The notes under the pieces are model-generated. The model was not told the origin of the DNA. It worked only from the letters and a program-made list of their open reading frames with translations, and ran no database searches. From IMG/VR virus record IMGVR_UViG_3300012979_000030, positions 32,001 to 96,000 of that record: DNA of 64,000 nt; one strand, written 5' to 3'. The translations under genes and the position numbers were made by a program. The stretch is from a virus. Its lineage: Duplodnaviria > Caudoviricetes. Of the stretch, positions 48,066-58,173 are shown piece after piece (the first letter of the stretch is position 1; each line of letters starts with the position of its first letter).

Positions 48066-49583
48066 TTATTTCCATTTTTCAACTTCTAATACTTTGAAGT
48101 TAAACTCTTTACTATTATAGTAATGTATTCTATCATTAAAATGTTTTTTACTAAATTTTGTTGTAGAAAATATATCAAATATATTACAATGATCCTTATC
48201 TCTACCAAGTCTCAATCCTCTGCCAATACTCTGTATTGATTTCACAAATGACTTCCCATAATCCAACAAAACAACATTAAACAACCTATCAATGCTTAAA
48301 CCCGTTGCGGCAATTTGACTTGTTGCAATAATGCATTTATTATTCTCTGTTTTAATGGATTCATATTCTCTAAATCTATCTTTTGATTTAACAGAACCAT
48401 CTAAGAATATACAATCACTTCCTAATTGTTTTATAACACTTTCCAAGTATTCTCCACATTTAATTCTATTAACCAACACTAATGTGTTTCCTTGTGATTG
48501 AACAATGTTGTGTATAAGAGTTCCAATAAAATTCAATCTATCAACATTTGTGGACAAATATTCCAATTCATCAGCAAAGAATCTAAATTCACTATCATCT
48601 ATCAATTTAATACAACTTATATCACATTTTGCTAGAATACCCTTATCCTGTAATTCTTTTGAACCAAGAGTGTGTGCTACATGACCTATTCCACAAACAA
48701 TACAATACTTATCAACTTTTTGTTTTGGAATAGTTCCTGTTAAACCCCACCTTAATGGGACATCTTTAAATGTGCTTTCACATATCTTTTTACAATTATA
48801 TGATTTCATTTGGTGTGCTTCATCAAAAACAACACCAACTGTCCCAGATACCAATTGTTGTAATTCTTCTTGTGATAATTCTGATTGTTCTTTTGTGATT
48901 ATTTGTTTACCATCTTTCTTACCACCGGATTTTCTTCTTTCCAATGAGTCAATAGTTTGCCATGTACAAATTGTAATTTTTTTATCTAATTCTCTAAAAC
49001 CACAACCACAAACACCACATTCTACACACAAATCTCTAAAAACTTGTGCTGTTTGTAGTGTTAAATCTTTACTTGGTTCAATTAGAATAAATCTACCATA
49101 CTTAGAAACTTCTAATGCAAGCATCATAGCAACAACCGACTTTCCGGAACCTGTGGCAGCATCAACAATACATCTTGGATTACTTAGGCATGCATTAACA
49201 ATATCAACTTGGTGTTCATATATTTGAACAGGTTGACCCTCTAATCTATGTCCTTTTGGCCAACATCTATCTTCTAAATATGTTTCATCAATCATATCAA
49301 ATACAGGTTCTTGTATAAGATTATTAGGGTAAATTCTTTCAACTTGATACTTTGACATATCAATAATTTCAAATAATTCTGGTAAAAGATTTACATAAAA
49401 TAACCCTGTTAGTGTAAAATAATGGTCATAACCATCCCATACCCCAAGTTTGTATTTTGGTGTAAATCTTGCATTTGGAACAAACAAGGAAAAATGGTCA
49501 TATGCCTTATTCCTATCCTCTGTTGTTAAACCAAATACCTGACATCTAACATAATCTTTATAAACTATTTGTAATTTATTCAT
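48066..49583 (-). CDS. uvsW: UvsW-like SF2 DNA helicase
   Basis: FTPKYKLGVWDG, ATGSGKS, DEAH, GLTGT, QSIGRGLR. Confidence 0.9.
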   Translation of the reverse strand: MNKLQIVYKDYVRCQVFGLTTEDRNKAYDHFSLFVPNARFTPKYKLGVWDGYDHYFTLTGLFYVNLLPELFEIIDMSKYQVERIYPNNLIQEPVFDMIDETYLEDRCWPKGHRLEGQPVQIYEHQVDIVNACLSNPRCIVDAATGSGKSVVAMMLALEVSKYGRFILIEPSKDLTLQTAQVFRDLCVECGVCGCGFRELDKKITICTWQTIDSLERRKSGGKKDGKQIITKEQSELSQEELQQLVSGTVGVVFDEAHQMKSYNCKKICESTFKDVPLRWGLTGTIPKQKVDKYCIVCGIGHVAHTLGSKELQDKGILAKCDISCIKLIDDSEFRFFADELEYLSTNVDRLNFIGTLIHNIVQSQGNTLVLVNRIKCGEYLESVIKQLGSDCIFLDGSVKSKDRFREYESIKTENNKCIIATSQIAATGLSIDRLFNVVLLDYGKSFVKSIQSIGRGLRLGRDKDHCNIFDIFSTTKFSKKHFNDRIHYYNSKEFNFKVLEVEKWK

Positions 49584-49611
49584 TTTTTATCCATATATCA
49601 TAAAACATTTT

Positions 49612-49640
49612 ATTATACCATTCAGACAAAAGATTGTCAA
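49612..49640 (-). promoter_or_regulatory. Consensus sigma70 promoter for the helicase
   Basis: TTGACA-N17(ending TGG)-TATAAT. Confidence 0.7.
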
Positions 49641-49679
49641 ATAAATAATATTATATAAAAATAATATAAGGACACAATA

Positions 49680-50087
49680 ATGGCAGAATCATTTTCAAAT
49701 TATTTAACAAAAAAGAGTATGTCATCTGGAAATACTCAAATCATAATACCACCTGCAAATGGTGCATCAGTTAATGGTGTAGTTGGAATAAGACCACTTG
49801 GTGCTACATCACAAATCCATTCAATATATGTAACAAAGGAACAACCAGGTTCTACAATTATAACAGATGTAGAAGGAAATGGAGTTTATGTCAATCTATA
49901 TATTGATGATAATGGTTCAAAATATTATTTGGGACATAATATTTGTGTATTACCATATTCATCATTTTATATTGAGAAAACAATTACATTATTATCTCAT
50001 CAATCATTGAATATTGAATATACATCTCTAAATAAAACATCAAATACATTAAACGTTATATGTTCATGTGTTGATATTACAGATTAA
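49680..50087 (+). CDS. Hypothetical beta-rich protein, probably structural
   Basis: AAGGA RBS; AATAAATA upstream. Confidence 0.6.
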   Translation: MAESFSNYLTKKSMSSGNTQIIIPPANGASVNGVVGIRPLGATSQIHSIYVTKEQPGSTIITDVEGNGVYVNLYIDDNGSKYYLGHNICVLPYSSFYIEKTITLLSHQSLNIEYTSLNKTSNTLNVICSCVDITD

Positions 50088-50091
50088 TAAA

Positions 50092-50118
50092 GAAAACCAC
50101 CCAAATGGGTGGTTTTTT
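50092..50118. terminator. Bidirectional terminator
   Basis: AAACCACCCA-aa-TGGGTGGTTT plus T-tract between convergent genes. Confidence 0.75.
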
Positions 50119-50134
50119 ATTGATAATAGTATTT

Positions 50135-50719
50135 TTATTTTTTCCCTTTATTAGATTTTTTAAATGTATCAATTAATTCACCAATTGATGATGTTAATGT
50201 ATTGATTTGTTCTTTCAATTCTCTAATATCTTCAGCATTTTTATTTTCCAATGCTGCTGTTTCTTCATGTTTTTTATCAATTTCTGAAATCTTTTCATCA
50301 AGATTTGGATTAAATTGAGGTGATTTATGTGATTTATACTCTCTAATACCATTCATAATCTCTTTTGGTGTTTGAACATTATCGTTTGGTAATTGAACTA
50401 GAACATTATCACTATCAATAACTTTAATCTTTCTCATTGCCCTCAAAACTCCCAATACAGTTTGTTTTGGGTATGACATGAAAAACTTTTTATCCAATAC
50501 TCTCCATGTATCAATTACTCGTTGACATTCATCACTATCAATCATTGCTGTTAATTCTGCTCTCATATCACTATCAAGTGTATCAATATCAACAACAGAA
50601 CATGTATTTGCATCTGTTTCATTTTCCAATGCTAACATAACATATCTAGCATTTGTATTTCTATCTGTTGCATAATGTTTCAATGGTTTTCCCATAATAT
50701 TATTGATTGTCATACTCAT
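50135..50719 (-). CDS. Hypothetical protein with a C-terminal coiled coil
   Basis: AAGGAG RBS; TATAAATA at 50748-50755. Confidence 0.65.
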   Translation of the reverse strand: MSMTINNIMGKPLKHYATDRNTNARYVMLALENETDANTCSVVDIDTLDSDMRAELTAMIDSDECQRVIDTWRVLDKKFFMSYPKQTVLGVLRAMRKIKVIDSDNVLVQLPNDNVQTPKEIMNGIREYKSHKSPQFNPNLDEKISEIDKKHEETAALENKNAEDIRELKEQINTLTSSIGELIDTFKKSNKGKK

Positions 50720-50803
50720 ATCTCCTTATAAGGTCTATTACTGGAAATATTTATATTGTGATTTTTTGATTTTTTGATTCTAACAATTTTTGATTATATA
50801 TTT

Positions 50804-51487
50804 TTATTTTATTTTTGAAACTTTACCATTGTTTAAAACTTTGAGTGGGAAGAATAACACTTTTTTAACACGTGGGAATTTTTTTTGAACTGTTTTTAAA
50901 ATCCCATATTTACCATTATTAATTTCATCACCAAGTTCTTTAAATGTTTGTAAATTTTTATCGTCGTCATCATACATACGAACAGCAGAATAATCCCCAG
51001 ATTGTAAATATTTTAATATTACATATTTTTTTCTATCAGCAACAACTGGAATATGTCTTAAATTACCACTTCTCTCAACATAAACATTTGGTATATCAAC
51101 ATCTATTCCATTTTCTCTGAAAGTTTTTAAGAACAACTCTTTGTTATCAAAATCACTTCTAGCAGTTAAGAATATTACTTTTTCTGGTTTACCGTGTAAT
51201 TTAATACAATCAATTAATTTTTTTATTTTCTTGACCATTTCATCAATTGGTTTTGATGTTTTATTAAAAACTTCTGAACTCTTAAATTCATCAAAATTAA
51301 ATGATTCACCTGGTTGCAATTCATATGTATTGAACTGTTGGTTATCTAAATCTCTAACCCTTTTACCATTCTTATAAACACCAACTTTTGCATATGTATG
51401 AAAAGTTGTCTCATCAATATCAATGAATGATATTGAATTACCAGTAATTGAATTATCAGATTCTGTAAGATGTAATAAAGTTTTCAT
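50804..51487 (-). CDS. HAD-superfamily phosphatase-like protein
   Basis: FIDIDET (DxD), FLTAR, K, MYDDD motifs. Confidence 0.75.
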   Translation of the reverse strand: MKTLLHLTESDNSITGNSISFIDIDETTFHTYAKVGVYKNGKRVRDLDNQQFNTYELQPGESFNFDEFKSSEVFNKTSKPIDEMVKKIKKLIDCIKLHGKPEKVIFLTARSDFDNKELFLKTFRENGIDVDIPNVYVERSGNLRHIPVVADRKKYVILKYLQSGDYSAVRMYDDDDKNLQTFKELGDEINNGKYGILKTVQKKFPRVKKVLFFPLKVLNNGKVSKIK

Positions 51488-51521
51488 AATTTTATTTATC
51501 ACATCTTACATGAATATAAAA

Positions 51522-52025
51522 TTATTCAAATGATTTGACCATGTTTAAACATTTGTTTTTAATACTATCATCAGTAACAATGTTTTTATTAGAATCATAG
51601 ATATTATTATCACTACCATAAAAATATCTATTATCACCATCAATCATTATTAAAGAATACACCTTCATAGATTTAGGTTGTTCTTTTATATTACATACTC
51701 TTGATAGTCCACGTTCACTTAAAATATCAACTGATGATGTTTGTAATGAAAATACACTATTTCCAATGGCGATTCTACCATCAATTGATTTATATGCCAA
51801 AACACCCATTGATGGTATGTATTCTAAAAGATACCCTTTTGTTTTAACTCCATCAACAACAATATCATAATATCCAAAAGAATCACAATCATCATTTAAA
51901 CTATTAAAACCAAATTTTTTACCAATAGATACAAACATATCTGATATATTAGTTGGTTTGTTTAAGATTATATTCTTATAACTACTAATAATATAATTTT
52001 CCATTATATAATCACTTAGTTTCAT
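51522..52025 (-). CDS. Hypothetical protein
   Basis: Intact ORF with codon usage like its neighbours. Confidence 0.6.
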   Translation of the reverse strand: MKLSDYIMENYIISSYKNIILNKPTNISDMFVSIGKKFGFNSLNDDCDSFGYYDIVVDGVKTKGYLLEYIPSMGVLAYKSIDGRIAIGNSVFSLQTSSVDILSERGLSRVCNIKEQPKSMKVYSLIMIDGDNRYFYGSDNNIYDSNKNIVTDDSIKNKCLNMVKSFE

Positions 52026-52079
52026 TTTATTTTGCCTTTCATTTAATTTAGTGTTGAGTAGGTGAAGGAGGGCAAATAC

Positions 52080-52370
52080 CTACTCAACAACTTCAATTGA
52101 TTTGATGCTATCAATTTTGAAACTTCTCCATGAATTAACATCTAAATCAATAACTGATAATAAATTTGGATTTTCTGCTCTTACAGTTGGTGTTTTTCCT
52201 TCTAAAATCAATTTTGAATTGCGTTTCTCAATTTCCTCAATAAATGGTCTAATAATATCATCAAGTAATGTACACCTCATTACTCGTTCAGAACCATCCG
52301 CCTTTGTAAATACAACTCTACAAATTGACTCTTTTAATTGACTTCTAATTTCTTCTTTTGAAAATCCCAT
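52080..52370 (-). CDS. SH3-like/WYL_2 (DUF2693-type) phage protein
   Basis: VVFTKADGSERVMRCTL...V.DLDVNSWRSFKIDSI. Confidence 0.8.
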   Translation of the reverse strand: MGFSKEEIRSQLKESICRVVFTKADGSERVMRCTLLDDIIRPFIEEIEKRNSKLILEGKTPTVRAENPNLLSVIDLDVNSWRSFKIDSIKSIEVVE

Positions 52371-52414
52371 TTATATCTCCTTTCTTTGTTTGTTAATCTA
52401 TATTAGCATATAAA

Positions 52415-52669
52415 TTAATACTTGTCAATGTATTTTTTAACTATTTGTTCAATTTCTTTTGTTGAATTACTATATGTTGGTAATTTGTTTGCTAATGTAT
52501 TTAGTTCAATTAACTCTCCATTTGTTTTTTCTGCAATTACTTTCCAAACATTTTTTAAGCAATCACCATAGTCATCTCTATCAACCAAATAACTTCTAAT
52601 TTCTTTATAACCAAATTGGTTTTTTTCTAAAATGGTTTTATGTTCACAAATGTAATAAGTTGGTGTCAT
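52415..52669 (-). CDS. Small hypothetical early protein
   Basis: AAGGAG RBS; TTGACA-N17-TATATT promoter upstream (52725-52697). Confidence 0.6.
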   Translation of the reverse strand: MTPTYYICEHKTILEKNQFGYKEIRSYLVDRDDYGDCLKNVWKVIAEKTNGELIELNTLANKLPTYSNSTKEIEQIVKKYIDKY

Positions 52670-52983
52670 ATCAATGTCTCCTTTCTTGATGAATGTAATA
52701 TATCACAAATTAATTATATTGTCAACAAAAAAAGTGATTGAGGTATGAAATACCGAAAATCACAGGGAGAAATGCAATTTCTCCCTTTTTCTTGTCTAAA
52801 AAAATAATTTGAGATTGAAAAATTACTGCAGTAACATTATTAGTTTTTCTTTAGGAAATTGAATAATTATATTAAATAGTTATATTAATAGTATGTGTAT
52901 GACAAGTTATACAAAATTTGATATAAATTATTGATTTAGTTAAATAATTTGAAATATAATAATTTACTAAAAATGTAAAAAAA

Positions 52984-53240
52984 GTAGTTAAGTTGTCCTA
53001 AAAATATGACATTAAGTGATTCAAAAATGACAAATTGACTCTTTTGTAGTTAAGTTGTCCTAAAAAATAGTTAAGTAGTGAAAAAATGAGCATTTTTGTA
53101 GTTAAGTTGTCATTAAGGTATTTTTGTAATATTTACAATGACTTATAACAACAAATATTTTTTGTCAAATTTTTATAGTTTTTAAATATGATTAATGTAA
53201 TAAATGACATTATAACTAAAATGTATGACAACTTAACTAC
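52984..53240. repeat. GTAGTTAAGTTGTC repeats: 3 direct, 1 partial and 1 inverted copy
   Basis: Copies at 52984, 53046 and 53098; partial at 53068; inverted GACAACTTAACTAC at 53227-53240, within a 670-nt non-coding gap. Confidence 0.85.
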
Positions 53241-53336
53241 AAATTATAAAAAATAAAAAAATATTTGTTGACATTAAAAATAAAATGTGATATGTATGTA
53301 TTCATAAATTAATTAACACATAAATGGAGATATATT

Positions 53337-53801
53337 ATGAAAAGAGCACCTGAATTGAGTATTAATGAGAGATTTATTTTACAATATATTATTGACATTA
53401 CTTCAAAAGGTAAATTGTTTTACAGATCAGATGAAACAATTTCAAATCTATTAGATGTTGATAAACGAACAGTTGCTCGTATGTTTTCAAAAATGATTAC
53501 AAATGGATATTTAATGGTTGGTGAAGGAAACAAAAAACTTATTATGTATACTGGTAAGGAATTTGTTAGATTACCAATTTATTCTAACTATAAATCATTA
53601 AAAGCAAATACAGTAATTAGAGAGTCAAAAATGTTGAAGAATACAATAACTAGTTTACAGACACAAAATTCAATTTTAATCAAACGTATTGATGATTTGA
53701 CTAATAAGGTTGATTACTTAAATGAAGTTAATAAGGCATTACAACAAGAGAGAGATAACTTAATTATCACTATTGAAGACTTACATAGAGAAATTGGTTA
53801 G
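53337..53801 (+). CDS. Winged-HTH plus coiled-coil DNA-binding protein
   Basis: LSINERFIL..I...FYRSDETISNLLDVDKRTVARMFSKMITNGYL; TTGACA at 53268 upstream. Confidence 0.7.
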   Translation: MKRAPELSINERFILQYIIDITSKGKLFYRSDETISNLLDVDKRTVARMFSKMITNGYLMVGEGNKKLIMYTGKEFVRLPIYSNYKSLKANTVIRESKMLKNTITSLQTQNSILIKRIDDLTNKVDYLNEVNKALQQERDNLIITIEDLHREIG

Positions 53802-54535
53802 AGTTGAGCACAAATATCAACAGTGTCTAATACCAATTTCTTATCAAATGATGGGAATGCATAAGGGATAACATCTCTTAAAGCTGGATTATCATTAATT
53901 CTCCAAGCCAATTCATCATCATAAATTTCTCTTGATGAATAATTTTCAATCTCGTCTGGTATTTTCATTATTAGGGAATCTGTTTCATCATACATACAAT
54001 CACCAACACAAGCATATTTAATATCTTTGTTGTTTTTATCTATGATGAAATAGATTTCTCCATCTGACATTTCTTTATAATGATTAAAAGAATCATCTGA
54101 TGCTCTGTTAGTTAAACACCAAGTTGTGTTAGCACCATATCTTCTACAAGCATCAACATTAAGTATATGATATATAACAAAGTTTTCATCATTATAAACT
54201 TTTTTAGCACCTTTTCTAGCTCTAGCTATTAATTCAGATTGTGTTAAATAACCATTATTTCTAACTCTTGCTATATCATCTTCAAGTTCAAATCTATCTT
54301 TATAATCCATTATTGGTTTAAGTTTATCTTTGAATTTGTCATAAGAATACAACAAATCATTTAATTCATAGTCTTCTTCACCATCATCTAAAGAACGAAT
54401 CTTTTTATCAGTAACTTGTTGACAAACCCATTTGGTTTTAGCATTGGCAACACCATTGTTTGATGTTATGTTTAAAATAACCTTGTAAACATTATCGGGT
54501 ATATTGGGGTATATTCTTTCTTGAAGTAAAGTCAT
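53798..54535 (-). CDS. Hypothetical phage protein (YGANTTWC motif)
   Basis: ACRRYGANTTWCL...FNHY...IYFII motif; AAGGA RBS. Confidence 0.6.
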   Translation of the reverse strand: MTLLQERIYPNIPDNVYKVILNITSNNGVANAKTKWVCQQVTDKKIRSLDDGEEDYELNDLLYSYDKFKDKLKPIMDYKDRFELEDDIARVRNNGYLTQSELIARARKGAKKVYNDENFVIYHILNVDACRRYGANTTWCLTNRASDDSFNHYKEMSDGEIYFIIDKNNKDIKYACVGDCMYDETDSLIMKIPDEIENYSSREIYDDELAWRINDNPALRDVIPYAFPSFDKKLVLDTVDICAQL

Positions 54536-54570
54536 ATTAATCCTTATAAATTATGATGTATATTATATGA

Positions 54571-55347
54571 TTATCCGTGGAATATAGATGGGATATAACC
54601 ACCTGGTGTGAAGTGCATAAGTTCTTTTTCAAGAAGTTCTTTTTCTGCTTTTGCCTCTTGCTTTAATTGAGCACCATTTTGATTTGTTGACCCAGCCATT
54701 GGACTTGGTAAACCACTACTAAATCTTTCTCTTAATTGACCTAATATTTCTTTTGCCTCTGCAAGTGCCCAGTTTTCAACCCACAAACCAGAATATCTAT
54801 CTTGTAATACCATATAATCTGGTCTATCAACCCATGAATGGAGTAAAATAATTTCATTATTACATCTTGGATTTTCAGCTAATACTAATTTATGTGTATT
54901 TGGATTAAATGAAAAGTTCATATACATACCAAACATTTTTCCTGCTGTTTTTAAATAACTAGTATTTAAATCAAATGTTACTAAACCACCAACTTTTGAA
55001 GCACCCATTAAACCACACATATACATATTTGTCCATGCATATGCAAATGGGTCCATATTTTGACCTGATAATGAACTATTAGCTCTCCCATAACCTTTTC
55101 TGTATATTTGTTGAACTTCAATAATTTCATTGGGTAAAATGTATTCTTTTTGGTTTTGGACTAATGATAATAATACTAATGATTCTTCTTCACTTGCATC
55201 ACTACGTTGTTTTAATTTTGCCAATGCCAAATCAATACATTTATCTAATGTTGATGGATCTAATTCAATGTCCATTTCATTTCCACCCAAACGGGTTAAT
55301 ATGGAATTTGCCACATTCTTTCTAACTTCAATAATATTAGTATTCAT
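54571..55347 (-). CDS. Neck protein (T4 gp13-like)
   Basis: LTRLGG..MDIEL...CIDLAL, YILPNEIIEV..I, ALAEAKEILG..R.RF...P...NG..LKQEA. Confidence 0.8.
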   Translation of the reverse strand: MNTNIIEVRKNVANSILTRLGGNEMDIELDPSTLDKCIDLALAKLKQRSDASEEESLVLLSLVQNQKEYILPNEIIEVQQIYRKGYGRANSSLSGQNMDPFAYAWTNMYMCGLMGASKVGGLVTFDLNTSYLKTAGKMFGMYMNFSFNPNTHKLVLAENPRCNNEIILLHSWVDRPDYMVLQDRYSGLWVENWALAEAKEILGQLRERFSSGLPSPMAGSTNQNGAQLKQEAKAEKELLEKELMHFTPGGYIPSIFHG

Positions 55348-55395
55348 AATGATTCCTCAAATGCTATATAAAATTATTTATTATTAAAATAATAC

Positions 55396-55424
55396 TTGAC
55401 ATTTGAAGTTAAATAGTATATATT
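55396..55424 (+). promoter_or_regulatory. Sigma70-type promoter
   Basis: TTGACA-N17-TATATT. Confidence 0.65.
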
Positions 55425-55442
55425 TAATAAAAAAATAAGGTT

Positions 55443-55865
55443 ATGAATATGAGTAAATTGATTTCTGCTGGTGGTTTATTTAAATGTACTTCAACAAATA
55501 GATATTTGTTTGTTATGAGAAGTAGTAAGTCATCATATCCAAATAGATTTAGTCTTGTTGGTGGTAAAATTCATGTTGGAGAAAAGATTATGGAAGGACT
55601 ACAACGAGAGATAATTGAAGAGATTGGTTTTATGCCTGAAGTGTCTAAGTGGTCAATATTTAATAAGTTTACATCATTAGACAAAAAATTTGAATATCAT
55701 TCAATTTTGATATTGACCCCAAGAGAATTTATACCAACATTGAATAATGAAAATAGTGGATATGCTTGGGTTGATATAGAAAATCCACCAAAACCACTTC
55801 ACCCAAGGTTGCGTGAAGTTTTATCTTCATCTGTATTAATAGATTGTATAAGTAAATATTCCTAG
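55443..55865 (+). CDS. NUDIX hydrolase
   Basis: Nudix box GGKIHVGEKIMEGLQREIIEEIG; LN.E..GYAW, PLHP. Confidence 0.9.
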   Translation: MNMSKLISAGGLFKCTSTNRYLFVMRSSKSSYPNRFSLVGGKIHVGEKIMEGLQREIIEEIGFMPEVSKWSIFNKFTSLDKKFEYHSILILTPREFIPTLNNENSGYAWVDIENPPKPLHPRLREVLSSSVLIDCISKYS

Positions 55866-55977
55866 AAAAATCAAATACTTAAAAAATACATCAATAAAAT
55901 CAAATACTTATTAAATTTTAAGATATTTTTTGTTACAAATAAATACAAATACAAACACTTTAATTTAGGAGAATAAT

Positions 55978-58092
55978 ATGGTAGATATAATCAAAAAAGA
56001 TGGAACAAAAGAACCATTTAATGAAGAAAAAATTATCAAAGCATGTAAAAAAGCTGCTGTTAGGACATTACATACATTAACTGATGAGGAACTCACAAAG
56101 ATTATATCTGCTGTTAGAGAGTATTGTGCTGAATTAAATGAAGTTCCAATCGAGCAAGTTCATAATATTGTTGAGGTTGTTTTACAAAAAGTTAATAAAA
56201 AAGTTGCTAATTGTTATAGAGCATATCGTAATTATAAGATTGATTTTGTTAAGATGCTTGATGATGTTTATCAAGAATCACAAAGAATTATGTATATTGG
56301 TGATAAAGAAAATGCAAACTCTGATTCAGCTTTGGTTTCAACCAAGAGAAGTTTAGTATTTAATCAATTAAACAAGGAGTTGTATAAAAAATTCTTTTTA
56401 ACAAAGCCCGAATTACAAGCAATTAAAGATGGTTATATTTACATTCATGATATGAGTGCAAGACGTGACACAATGAATTGTTGTTTGGCAGATATTTCAA
56501 ATATTTTAAGTGGTGGATTTGAAATGGGTAATATTTGGTATAATGAACCAAAGACATTGGATGTTGCATTTGATGTTATTGGAGACATTACATTAGCAAT
56601 GGCATCACAACAATATGGTGGTTTTACATTACCAGAAGTGGATAAAATATTAAAACCATATGCTGAAAAATCATATAAAAAATACTTTGACAAATATACT
56701 GAATTAGGATTACCCTTTGTAAAAGCAAATGAGATTGCTAAAAAAGATTTGGAAACAGATTTCAGACAAGGTTTTCAAGGTTGGGAATATAAATTCAATA
56801 CAGTTGCATCATCAAGAGGTGATTATCCATTTATTACAATGACATTTGGATTGGGTAAAACCGAATTTGAACAAATGGCAAATAAAACTGCATTAGAAGT
56901 TCGTATGAAAGGTCAAGGTAAAGAAGGTCATAAAAAACCTGTATTGTTCCCTAAACTTGTTTTCTTATATGATAAAAATCTGCATGATGATGGTAAAGAA
57001 TTAAATGATGTATTTAAAAAAGCACTAGAATGTTCATCAACTTGTATGTATCCTGATTTCTTATCCATGACTGGTGAAGGTTATATTTCAGAAATGTATA
57101 AAAAATATGGTAGAGTTATTTCACCTATGGGTTGTCGTGCATTTTTATCTCCTTGGTTTGAAAAAGGTGGTATGACACCTGCTGATGAAGATGATAAACC
57201 AGTATATGTAGGTAGATTTAACATTGGTGCTATATCATTACACTTACCAATGATTTTAGCAAAAGCAAGAGAAGAAAACAAAGATTTTTATGATGTATTG
57301 GACTATTATTTGGAAATGATTAGACAATTACATATCAGAACATATGAATATCTTGGTGATATGAGAGCATCAATCAACCCATTGGGTTTCTGCTTTGGTG
57401 GTTTTTATGGTGGTAATTTAGATTTTGGTGATAAAATCAAACCATTATTAAAGACTGCAACTGCATCATTTGGTATCACAGCTTTAAATGAACTACAAGA
57501 ATTATACAATGGTAAATCATTGGTTGAAGATGGTCAATTTGCATTAGAAGTTATGGAATATATTAACAAAAAGGTTGTTGAATTTAAAGAAGAAGATGGT
57601 AATTTATATGCTTTATATGGAACACCAGCAGAAAGTTTATGTGGATTACAAATTAAACAATTTGTTAAAAAATATGGTGTGATTAAAAATGTTTCCGATA
57701 GACCATATGTAAGCAACTCTTTCCATTGTCATGTTACAGAGGATATTAGTCCAATTGAAAAACAAAATTTAGAAGGAAGATTTTGGAATTTATTAAATGG
57801 TGGTAAGATTCAATATGTTAGATATCCAATTAACTATAATAGTGAAGCATTTGAAGTTCTTGTAAAGAGAGCAATGGATATGGGTTTTTATGAAGGTGTC
57901 AATCTTTCATTGAGTTATTGTGATGATTGTGGACATGAAGAATTGGATATGGATGTCTGTCCAAAATGTGGTTCTAAGAATTTAACAAAAATTGATAGAA
58001 TGAATGGTTATCTTGCATATTCAAGAGTTCATGGTCATACAAGATTGAATGAAGCAAAAATGGCAGAAATTGCTGAAAGAAAATCAATGTAA
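55978..58092 (+). CDS. nrdD: Anaerobic (class III) ribonucleotide reductase large subunit
   Basis: ATP-cone IIKKDG...F; IYIHD, NCC, QYGG, MGCR, TPAESL, CxxC...CPxC, RMNGY glycyl-radical loop. Confidence 0.96.
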   Translation: MVDIIKKDGTKEPFNEEKIIKACKKAAVRTLHTLTDEELTKIISAVREYCAELNEVPIEQVHNIVEVVLQKVNKKVANCYRAYRNYKIDFVKMLDDVYQESQRIMYIGDKENANSDSALVSTKRSLVFNQLNKELYKKFFLTKPELQAIKDGYIYIHDMSARRDTMNCCLADISNILSGGFEMGNIWYNEPKTLDVAFDVIGDITLAMASQQYGGFTLPEVDKILKPYAEKSYKKYFDKYTELGLPFVKANEIAKKDLETDFRQGFQGWEYKFNTVASSRGDYPFITMTFGLGKTEFEQMANKTALEVRMKGQGKEGHKKPVLFPKLVFLYDKNLHDDGKELNDVFKKALECSSTCMYPDFLSMTGEGYISEMYKKYGRVISPMGCRAFLSPWFEKGGMTPADEDDKPVYVGRFNIGAISLHLPMILAKAREENKDFYDVLDYYLEMIRQLHIRTYEYLGDMRASINPLGFCFGGFYGGNLDFGDKIKPLLKTATASFGITALNELQELYNGKSLVEDGQFALEVMEYINKKVVEFKEEDGNLYALYGTPAESLCGLQIKQFVKKYGVIKNVSDRPYVSNSFHCHVTEDISPIEKQNLEGRFWNLLNGGKIQYVRYPINYNSEAFEVLVKRAMDMGFYEGVNLSLSYCDDCGHEELDMDVCPKCGSKNLTKIDRMNGYLAYSRVHGHTRLNEAKMAEIAERKSM

Positions 58093-58102
58093 TTAAATAA
58101 AA

Positions 58103-58143
58103 TTATAGACCAATATTGAAAAATAATAGATATTGGTCTATAA
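58103..58143. terminator. Long AT-rich hairpin between nrdD and nrdG
   Basis: TTATAGACCAATAT...ATATTGGTCTATAA. Confidence 0.5.
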
Positions 58144-58173
58144 TACTTATTAAATTAATATATGGAGTATACT

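Noticed and set aside
52670-53336. tRNA or known riboswitch in the largest intergenic gap
   Set aside because: No cloverleaf, T-loop GTTCRA or recognisable aptamer consensus was seen
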